This document shows, one piece after another, positions 27,001 to 39,000 of a stretch of DNA of 64,000 nt; positions within the stretch are counted from its first letter, which is position 1; every line of letters begins with the position of its first letter. The stretch is from NCBI GenBank assembly GCA_903813345.2, contig CAIIXF020000001.1, positions 22,196,001 to 22,260,000 on the forward strand, in the 5' to 3' direction. The translations under genes and the position numbers were made by a program. The notes beneath the pieces were generated by a model, which was given only the letters and a program-made list of their open reading frames with translations, did not search any database and was not told where the DNA came from. This DNA is from Owenia fusiformis. Lineage: Eukaryota.

Positions 27001-30000
27001 CAATATCTTAGCAACAATTATGTCAAAATAATTCACCTACTAGAACATACATGTAGCATAATAATCTTTCTCCTCTTATTCATAAATTAAGGACCAAAAT
27101 ACATGTATCACACAAAACCTAATACTTTCTCTTTTGTGTCATCACCAGAAGTGGTGACAAATTGTGATAGTCTCCAATTTTTTGTGGGCGGTGTTCATGG
27201 TTGGCTGTTGGTCTTTGGCATTTGGTGTCTGGTGGTCAGTGTTCAGAGTTCAGTATCTGTAACAAATGGCTGGTGGTGACATTTTGTATGTTAATACCTC
27301 GTATATAAGTGCATACTTCTCATTTGTTCAACACTTCACAGTTTTACATGTATTCCTGTTTTATTATAGTGATGTGTCTCTGTTATAGTGATGTGTCTCT
27401 GTTATAGTGATGTGTCTCTGTTTCAGGCGCCCATGTGTGCAGTAGCAAGCATCATGCAACCAGCGCAGCACCTGATTCTAGCTCAAAGGAGTATGCGTTT
27501 GAGGTACAATTAGATGTTTATGTTACTTAAATGCAAAGGCATGACAAAGGTCAAGGAATTGACCCATTTTCTCAATTGTTGCAATTTTCTTGCTTTTTCA
27601 CACCAGTGAATATTATCCTTGTTCCATTTCAAAATGACATGCCTTGAACTTGGAGATTACTTGATCTCCTGTAAATGATGATATTCCCTACTTTAGATTG
27701 ATTGAAAATGTACATTTTACTTCATGTGACCCCCATCTCTTTTTCTTGCAGATGGCAATGTCCAACATAAGATATGGAGAGGGAGTGACACAGGAAGTTG
27801 GAATGGTAAGATATGATCGGTGCCAGTTATATTTATTTCAAGTTTTTGTAAAAAAGTGTTTACAATGACATGAAAGAGACATATAAAGTTAGACCATTTC
27901 ACTAATTAAATTAATAATATACAGTAAAACCTGTAAATTGGAACACCTCTGTGAGTGGATCACTTCAAAGTGAAACACTTTCTAGAGGGACCAAAATTGT
28001 TCCTCTTAAACAGGTCAATAGATACACAAGCCTCCGGATGTGAATGAATGAACTAACTTTGTGTGTTATCATAGGACCTCAACAACCTTGGGTGCAAGAA
28101 GGTCGTGCTTTTCACAGATGAAGGAATAAAAGCAACTCCTATCCACAGTGCAGTTCTCGACTCTCTCAATAAAAACAATGTCAACTATGACATCTACGAT
28201 AGAACCAGGGTAGAGCCATCTGATAAAAGGTACATGAAAGACAGTCCAATTAAAAAACATTAATTAATTAAATCAATGGTGTGATATGAGTGATCTCTCT
28301 ATGCAGCATATAGAGGGACTGGGTGCCTCAAATTGTTGAAAAATTGAGAATTCTATGCCACCCTGTTTAAAATTGATTTACATCCTGTCAGAAGTATGAA
28401 ATATAAACAGTTTTGACCAAAACAAATGGAATTAGCATTGGCAATCTGTTAAGAAAATAATGTTGGAATTCCACTTAAAATTGCTTGATTTTCTTTTCTT
28501 TGTTTTCTTGTGTAACCCTTGATTTAAATATTTAAATTTTTGTATTTTTACCCCAAATGTAACCCCTGATTTATATATTTCACCTTTGTATTCTACCCCA
28601 AATGTAACCCCTGATCTATATATTTCAATTTTTGCATTTTAACCCCAAATATAACCCACTGATTTATATATTTCAGTTTTAAAGATGCCATAGAATTCTG
28701 TAGAGCTGGTAGCTATGATGGTTATCTGGCAGTGGGAGGGGGGTCTGTCATGGACACTTGTAAAGCAGCCAATCTCTATGCCTCTAAACCAGATGCTGAC
28801 TTTATGGATTATGTTAATGCTCCAATAGGGAAGGGACTTCCTGTTACACATAAAGTCAATCCCATGTTAGCAAGTGAGTATTTCGAGTCTTCTTAAAAGA
28901 TCAGTAACATGGAATTTCTGAGTTTCTTTCCAGTCATTTTGTCCTATAAAAGCACATTTATTTTGAATTCTCACATATGTAAAGTAAACTATGTGGTAGT
29001 ATAAAACAAGAATCAATCTTGCATTACCATGGGAGAATGAGAGAATGACAAAGAACAGGCCCGTAGCCAGAGGAGGTTCGCAGGGTTCGGGCGACCCCCC
29101 CCTGGCCAAAAATTCTTTCAAAATCATGCAGTTTTCACCATTTTGAGCACTTCTCAAGTGATTTTAGCCATATTTGGGCCAAAATTGTCAAATGTGAACC
29201 CCCCCCTGGAAATCTTTGAAAATTGAACCCCCCCTTGGCAAATCCTGGCTACGGGCCTGAAGAATATAGAGTTGCCAGTAACCTACTATTTTGACATGTT
29301 ATATGTAAGTGTTGACCTTCATGACCACAGGACTTTTAGAGTAAAGACCTTTTAGATGTCCCTTTGTATTTCAGTCCCCACTACATCAGGAACTGGTAGT
29401 GAGACCACAGGGGTTGCTGTGTTTGATCTCGAAGATATGAAGGCCAAGACTGGTATTGCTAACCGCGCCATACGTCCCTTACTGGGTATTGTTGACCCCC
29501 TACATACAAGATACATGCCAGAGAGGGTTTTTGCATACAGTGGATTTGATGTGCTATGGTAAATTATGTATATTGTATATTTAAAATTGGGCTCAATTAA
29601 GAAATAGTTCTGTATTGATTTAATATGGTTGGTAAATATTTAGGGGTTTGTGTTTTTTCAAATATTGCCCTTTGTTCATTCTTATTACACCAGAACTGAT
29701 GCCTATATTCCTGATTTCTTCGTAGATGTTTACTCACAAATTTCAAAATAATGTTCATAAGGGTAGGGTGGGCAAAGTAGATTGAATAATTTAACTATTT
29801 AAAACTCAACACACCTTTCCTACTTTATGATCTCAGTTATATTTTGGATGTTTCATCATGATTATTTACATGTATTAAGGTTAGAGAATGAATAATATCC
29901 CTATTTACATGTACCTCGAACCTTATATGTACTGTAGGTCTATGCACTGTCATGGTGGGAAGTCCAAAAGGTGATTTACTACATCACCCTTATGATATTA

Positions 30001-33000
30001 GTTTATTAAAATGTTTCGTTTATTTACAGCCATGCTTTAGAGTCTTACACAGCTCTTCCATTCAACGAGCGTACTCCTCGTCCATTGGACCCAAAAGAAA
30101 GACCAGCATACCAGGGCAGTAATCCAATCAGTGACATATGGTCCAAACATGCACTGAGAATCGTTTCAAAGTATTTCAAGAGGTAATGTTCAAAATTAAC
30201 AGGAAATAATTATTTTTATGTGAGTCACTCACATGAAGTTTTGCAAAATATTTGCTGTAGAATATTGCGTGAGTTTCTCCACTGCTTTAAAACCATTCCT
30301 CACTCTTCAGGGAAAAGAATTTAAAGATCTTTTTAAAGGAGGTTCAACTTTATTTCTCAACACGAATTCCTCAAATGTATAGCTAAGAGAAAAAGGGGAC
30401 ATCCTAGAATATGTTTATCAATGATATTGTAAGGCATATTCATCATGTTATCATAATTTTTAAGGTAACATCAATTTAGTCGTACAATCATACTAAATTC
30501 AGTTCTGCTGTCAGTTTTTGGTTTCCTCTAGAAATTCCATTGTAGAGTAATAACAATCTAGCATTAATGAATTCAAACTTTAATGGTTGATTTCTTAAAA
30601 TGTGGCCATGCATGCGCATACAATAATATTTATATTGTTAGTTGTTTCTGAGATTTGGAAGCTTTTGGGGTAAGAAATTAACTAGAAAGCATTTTATTCA
30701 TGATTTATGCTGGCTGGGGATGTATTGTTTTAAGGATGCTTTTGTAATTACCTTACCATAGATGTATGAACATGCTCAGGCCTGGAACCAGGGGAGGGGG
30801 GGGGGGGTTTGCAGGGTTTGGGCGAATCCCCCCCTGGCCAAAATTTCTTTCAAAATCATGCAGTTTTCACCATTTTGAGCACTTCTCAAGTGATCTCAGC
30901 CATATTTGATCCAAAATTGACAAATGTGAACCCCCTTGAAATTTTTGAAAACTGAACCCCCCCCTTTGCAAATCCTGGCTATGGGCCTGATGTTTATGTA
31001 TAATGTGTGTTTCAGAGGTGTGTACAATGCAGATGATATGGAGGCCAGGTCTAACATGCATTTGGCCAGTACTATAGCTGGAATAGGCTTCGGTAATGCT
31101 GGAGTACATCTATGGTATGTCCTTGCACTGCTCGTGAAACGTTTTATCAATTAAATGGTAAAAAAATCTAAAATAAAATCCTAGTCCTGTATCATATCTG
31201 CCCCCTTCCCCAGTTATTACTTTTCTTCCAATAGTAGCATGAATGGGTGGATGCACAGGGGCTCTTGATTCATATCGGGATTCATATAAGCTATTATCAG
31301 GCCCGTAGCCAGGGGGGGGGGGGGGTTCGGGGGTTCGAGTTCCCCCCTGACCAAAATTTCTTTCAAAATCATGCCGTTTTTCACCATTCTGACGAGCGAT
31401 TTTTGGCCAAATTTACCAAAGTGAACCCCCCTAGAATTTTTCGGAAAAGTGAGCCCCCCTTGGAAAATTCTGGCTACGGGCCTGATTATGGTATATAGAA
31501 GGCCAGTGGAGATGAAAGGAAAGTTAATTGACTATTGGGAACATCTACTTATTTTATGGGAAAGCATCAAGGTCACTTTGGTAGATATGAATAACATTAA
31601 GCCTCATGGAAAGAAAAGCTTGTTTGTTTTTTGCAATTGCTTTAACATGATTTTTCTTTGAAATAAAAAAAAAGATAAAAGAAAGAGAGAGGAAACAAAA
31701 TTCAAAACAAAAATATGTACTGTCCTTCCATGAAACATTTTCACTGAGGTCAAATGTATTGGAAAAAATTATGTTATATGACCCAATTTTCTTACAGCCA
31801 GGCTGATATAGGTATCACATATTTTTGCTCTACGTCAAATTCATCTGGTAGAGCATAGGCCAATATATGAGTTTTGATACTTTTTGCAATGTATGAGTAA
31901 GATTAAGTGTCTTTGAGAAGGTTAATGCCACTATTTTAAAGGTCAAAATTCAAAACATAGTCTGATAGTAGATAGGTACATACACAGCCATTGATTTTCC
32001 TCACCTCACCTCAATCTTCTAGTATATTTCCATCCTCCTAGGCAGGTATCCAGAATCCGTACCTCCTTCTTCCCCCTGCTATAACCAATTTGGAGGCGCC
32101 CGATTAAACTGAATCACGTGATCTAATTATGCGCAATGACGCAGTGTTGTGACAGCCAATCAGATTGCGAGTTCTTAATCGGAGAAATGCTAACTGCTTA
32201 TCGCAGGGGGTAAAAAGAAAGAATATATTCTGGATTTTGAAGCCCTGTGATCGGAGGATGGTATATTTAAAGTAGGATGAGTATTGAAAATGCCTGAGAA
32301 TTGTGAGTAAAGTTAACTTGTGTTTCTTTTACAGTCATGGGCTTTCCTACCCTATTGCTGGAATGGTGAGGAGTTTCAAACCAGATGGATATGTAGCTGA
32401 CCATCCAACAGTGGTAAGTATTGTCATGGGGGGCTTTCAATTAGACTAGTTGAAAGCCCATGGTATTGTTTTAACATGTTAATGCCTTGTTAATATTATG
32501 TTGTTATAACCACAAAGATGGTCACACTAAGTTATTGCTTGAACTTTTTGTATAGGTGTGGTATATTGAAATCTAAAATAGTAATATGAAGCAATAACTC
32601 AAATTATTGTCAGATCGATTCTGACAAAGTTAAACATCTGGGAGACACATTATACACCATGCATAATTACATGTCGATCATATTACAATGCTCTTGACCA
32701 GTTATTTTTCTCACCATGTAAACCTGTATTTGTACAATAGAGAGGTTTCGCACAACGGGTTTGCTAAAACGTATCCGCATCCGTATCTCGTTACGTTTAC
32801 GGATACGTTATTCGAAAATTTTCGTTTCGCAGTACGTTTTTTTTAGCACGTAATCCACAAAACGTATCTCAAGCCGTGACCTTGACAATAACATTCATTT
32901 CCTGTGGAAGTAACACAACAGTTATATCTTCTCAAAAAGGTAAGATTTTGTTCACTCATGTCGTGTAATTTGGCAATATCGATTTATGTTATTTTGCCCC

Positions 33001-36000
33001 TCATATCATTTCGTGAACATAGAATAATAGTACATTCTGTCTCTAAACATGGGATAACATTGGAAGAAAAAACTCTGGATCATTTCCTGTGTCAAGAGTG
33101 AATATACTATAATCTCCCTGAATATATAGTCCCGGTGTGAAAGAAATTATGGTCCCCTGGGGATTATGGTCCCCTTTCCAAACGGCCCTTACTGGCCCCG
33201 ATTGTGTATAAAATAATAAGGGAAAGAGTTGTGATTAGGTCACTATATAAATCAATGGAGAGTAGGACCATAATTTGATAGGACCTCCTACCCTTTTACA
33301 CCGGGATATATAGTCCAAGGATGCATGTTACCAGACTATATTTTCTATGGTATACAATATAACTTCGAGGTATTTATACTGACGAACTATAGATACGTTG
33401 ACAGCAGTCCCATCCCCATTCAGTACCAATCCTAAATAGCATACCCCATTCAACCAGCTTTGCCTCTTTTTAAGGAGTGATATTCGATTGTTTGGGAATT
33501 CCTTGCTAAAATATGATATCCTGATCCAAATATCAATTATATTTTCAAGTAATATTCGATCTATATCATTGTAACCATGGGGTAATAGTAGTTAGCCTAA
33601 TTCACTATTTTATTTCATTCTAGTAGTGTGATCTTCGACAACTGTACATATGGCAGGCATTGACCCAGTCACCGCGGCCGCTATTATTGATGACAAGGAT
33701 GACGAGGAAACACTCCTCCTATATCACTTATTTGAGGAAGATAGGCGTGATGGTATTAACGCATTCAGAATAAATCTGGAAAGTCTATCAAATGAAGAGT
33801 GCAGTCTCTTGTTTCGATTTGAAAAAGATGATCTATTCAGGATATCTCAGGTCATGGAGTTACCAAACGTATTCACTGGTTATAACCGATGTTCGTGTAG
33901 TGGCATCGAGGGCTTGTGCCTTTTACTTCGCCGTCTTGTGTACCCAAATCGACTGTGGGACATCAATGGGATGTTTGGTATGGATCTGTCGACAACTTCG
34001 ATTTTGATAAACACAGTGAACAACTACGTGTATGAACATTTTGGACCTCTTTTAACAGAGTTTAACCAGCCATGGATGACCATTCCAGATTTACAACGAT
34101 ATGCTCGCGCGATTCAGGCTAAAGATGCCCCTCTTATAAACTGTTACGGTTTTATTGATGGGACTCCAAGACCATGTGCTCGTCCACAGGAAGGGCAGCG
34201 TCATTTCTACAGTGGGCATAAAAGGGAACACTGTCTTAAATTTCAGTCTATCATATTACCCAATGGCATTATTACAAATTTGTATGGGCCTGTTGAGGGG
34301 TCCCGGCACGATGCCTCAATGCTGCGTCGCAGTAATATCCTGGATGCACTTGAAACAAAAAGCCTGCCGAACGGGGAACCCATGTCGATTTATGGAGACC
34401 CCGCGTACCCCCGAACTCCCCATCTTATTACCCCATTTAGAGGACCCGATGTGACCCCTCAACAGGCCCAATTCAATAGAAGTATGAGTTCTGTGAGGGA
34501 AAGCGTTGAATGGGGTTTCGGAAAAATCATCAGGGAATTTGCTTTTTTGGACTTTAAAAAGAATCTCAAAATACTTTTATCTCCAATAGCTAAGTATTAC
34601 AAAAATGGAGCTTTTTTAACCAATGTGCATACATGCCTTTATGGTAGTCAAGTGAATACTTACTTTAACACTGAACCTCTGTTACTTGAATACTACATTC
34701 ATAGATGAACATGATTGTGTAACAAACCAAACATTTTGAGACTAAACATGAACAATCATAGAAAACTGTCAACTGTTAAAACAATTGATAATTAAACAAC
34801 TTTATTATTGCAAAAACACCATATCGCTGATTGGAATCGAAAAATCTGTCCGCTGTGGTGGAGCATGCTATTTTTCTAAAACACACCAAGAAAACTTCAC
34901 AATTTATATTTAACTCACATGTTTCATTATACCAAAGAAATTCACCTACTCCGTGCAATGAGATTAATCAGTAGCGGGTAACCTTAACTTCTGTTTGACG
35001 TCCAATGACGCTAGTAAAAGCTATTGGAAACGACAAAATCAAACTCTAAATGTATCATTTCTTATTAATGGCACGATATAGTGATACGATAATATTTCCA
35101 TATCTTCAGCATAACCCTGAAGGTATTAATGAGATCTGGATGTAATGGGTCGTTTTTATTTATTTTAATAAAAAATAATGTTAAATTATTGACCGCTATG
35201 GAAGAACAGTTTCAAATGTGAAGTACATTAAGATTCATAATATATCTTTTGAACTACACTTTAGAGAAAACGTATCAAACCTCCCTCCCAAAATCAAATC
35301 GTTCCTAAAGTGTAGCTGTAAAAGTAATATATTGGGAACTTTGATGCATCTCACATTTGCAACTAGTCCTCCATAGAGGACAAAAATCTAGACATCATTT
35401 TTCAATAGAACAAATTAAAAATACTAAAATTCATCTATACTAGATCTCTTAATACCCCCATAGTTAAGTTAAAACATATGCGATATTATCATGTCACTGT
35501 GTTCAGTGCAATTGAAAATTTAGAAAATAATTGGTACATTTTAGAGTATGATACTCTAGAGCTGTTTTCAATAGATTTTGCTCCTAGCGTTATTGTAGTT
35601 CAAACAAAAGTAAAGGTTACTTGCAAATGGTGTACCCATTGCACAGGGTAAGTTGAGGTTCTTTGGTATAACGAAGCATATGACTCAAAAAAATTGTGAC
35701 GTTTTCTTAGTGTTTTTATGAAAAATAACATGACACAACATAGCGGACAAATCTTTCGATCACAACCCGTGCTACATGTATAATGTATATGTATATGTAT
35801 AATTAAAATAAATGTTATATGCAAGTAAACAGCATTTTTATACGTAACAAAATTTAGAACAAGAGGAGCATTAGCAGTTAGCTAATTTAAATGATTGAGA
35901 TGATTGGTGATCAGTGCGTTTAAAGGAATGAGTCTTTTTAAAAGTAACATTTTGTACCTTCATCTTTTTGCGTTCATAATAATAAAATATGAATTTAACT

Positions 36001-39000
36001 TGCCATGAGGACAAATAAAACAAATAAAAAGAAGTAACTAAAACAGTACACATCAAACTGATGTTAAAGTCTCCATCTATGAGTATGTACGTCTAATCCT
36101 AATTTTCCATTCCAGAATATTTTACTGATAACATTGATCTGTAAGGCTTGTTGAATTAGACAACAAGTGCTATTAATTTTAAAGTAAACATCAAATCCGT
36201 ATGCACAAGATTTTTTACTTGTCAAAAGTGCTGCCGAAATAATCAATCGAGAAAAAATGTTTGAACTAAAGTAAGTACTGAAATGTGGCTATTTAGGATT
36301 AAAATTACAGACACGGACGTTTTAATGTCAGTATGCCCACATCATCAGTCTTTCTTGGGATTCATTGCGTTCCATTTTCTCTCTTCCAGTGCAAATTTCC
36401 TCTCCTCAAGTTCAATTTTCCTGGTGAGGTATTCCTCTAAGAAGTTACCTACAACACATAAAACAGAAACGTATGCATGTTATCCTATGTGATTAGATTT
36501 GGATAAAAAATCATTGAAACACTTCTTTTGAATTGTAAAGGATGAATAGTGTTTCATGATTGTGAAAGAAATTATGGTCCCCCAGGGATTATGGTCCCCT
36601 TTCCTAACGGCCCTTACTGGCCCTGATTGTGTACAAGATAATAAGGGAAAGAGTTGTAATTAGGTCACCATATAAATCAATGGAGAGTAGGACCATAATT
36701 TGATAGGACCTCCTACCCTTTTACACCGGCATGTGTTGTTCGTATATCATATTAATTTGATTAAATGCAGAACAATAAATACCCAGATTGTATAGATTTT
36801 TAAATAATTCTGTCATTCTGTTTGGGTCTTACCTCTTTTGCAGAGTCGTTTCTTAGAAGGGCTTGATTGAGGCGATTTCGTTTGTTTACCAAGGGTGTTC
36901 ATCGACTTCTCTAGAATTTCAGTCACTTTCTTTTGATCTTTTTCTTGATCTTCTTCCTTCTTCTTTTTTGTTTTTGTTCTTTCCATTTCCACATCTTCTT
37001 TTAGGGAAATCACTTCAGTCAACATTTGTGACATCTCGTCATATTCCTCTTCAGTACCAGATCTAAAAGCGTTAAGTTTAAGACGAGATAAATTTTCAGG
37101 CGCATTTATGAAAATACATGCTTGACCCTAATGTCTGCAAATGGAGAACGGTGGTCAAATTGACTCCTCTGTTTTAATGAGTTCTTTTATGCACGTTATT
37201 TTGTGAATCCCTCATTTTTAGCTTGAGCCGCACATAAATGACACATTTTAGCGTAGAAATCAGTTTGATTGAGGAAGATCATATTTATGATAATCGGAAT
37301 TTGATGCCAATGAACAGAAAGTCGATATAGTTGCCTTGTCCTAATACTGTGGAAAAAGCAAAGTGATCATTATTTATGGCGTGTCTGATAGACAGTCACT
37401 CAGCATATTGAATTTCCTTTCCCACATGCTTATTTCATGAAAATCAAACCCCCGATCAAGCCACTATTTACTATTTAAAGCATGAACTCGCGAGTCGCGT
37501 TTTTCCCGAATTTGAGAGATAACAGTTTTTCAAAAAACTGCTTGATGAATAGCTATTATTTTTGCACGTTCCTGAACATTTGTGCAACGATTTATCTGAT
37601 CATAATTTCAGATCTTTTTTCCCTCTCCCAATTTTTCAACTTCACCAATTCGATTTATATGCCGTTACTTGGTGGTTGGTTGGCTAAGTCATGGACCAAA
37701 AATATTCGGAATCTACCAAGTTAAGTATTAGTCTACTGCCGAACTGAAACACCGAGTGGCATTTGTAATACTATATTTGCAAATATGAATGGAAAATTGC
37801 TGACAATACAATTGCGTTCAATTGAATTTCAATTGAAAGTGCATAGCTGAGTTATACAAAAGCTTGACAGACGTTGATTTTTTGATTTATTTTAACAATA
37901 ATTGACTATTCTTTTAAGAATTATAGCATTTTGGCACCAAACAATTTTCCTTTCATAGAAAAAGCATCAAAACAGAATGTCAAAAATACCCTTAAGTCAA
38001 GTTGTTCTCGATTTTGTTGACCTACTTTTTGGAGAGGTAATTGAATAAGGTTTACAATTCCAACACGATTGAAATTAGACAAGTAGTTTTCAATCATCAG
38101 GGTGAGGTTTATCCAGGTTCTAAGCAATTTCGATATTTTTGATATATTCGATATTTAAGAAATATCTTCGAATGTACCCCTTAGGGCTAGGCACAAAAGC
38201 TTTCAAACCCCTCACTCCCTTCGGTCGTTCAGGGTATAGAGAACGTTTGTGCCTAGCCCTGCGGGGTATATTCGTCGATATAACAACACCTGCTCTGAGG
38301 TCTATATTACTTCGACCATGAAAATTCACCAACATTTTTCAAATATTCATTGAAATTTCCGCCATTACTACGGCCCGCCGTTATGAGGTCACACATTACT
38401 CGTATTAACAGGGGTACTGTTGGCGAATATACCCCGGGTGAAATGTTGACGTCATAAAAGGTGTGAATACAGTCATGTTCGAATTCAAGATACTGACCGG
38501 TTAATTCGAAGAACTTTTGATGTGTGTTCAGAGTACCTGTTGAGTAAATGAATGTTTGAGTTTTGGGTTGGGTCGCCACAAATTTTGATGATTTCATTAT
38601 GTCACTTTGTTAATTCTGGGCACTGTTTAAATTAACAAATGCAACTTCCAAACTTTTCAAATGTTTTATAGAGATGTGAGGAGTGGCCCGCTCCCCCTAG
38701 AAAATGTTACTCTTTTGAGATGCTATTTGGTGATTTCTGGGTACGTTCAAAGTGTATGAGTCAATAAAATTGAATTGAGTCAAAGAGGTTCAGAAGGTGA
38801 GCTAGGGTGGGGTGCCAGAGGGGATCGGAAGCAATAGGTTGTCCCCCAGAAACATTGACCATATGAAGGTGCTATTTGATGATATCTGGGCACTTTAAAA
38901 GTGTCTGAGACAATAAATGGAATTCAGAATTGTTCTAATTGTTTTGGTGGGATGTGTGGGGTGGCCCACTACGTTAGAACATTTTACGATTTTAATATGC

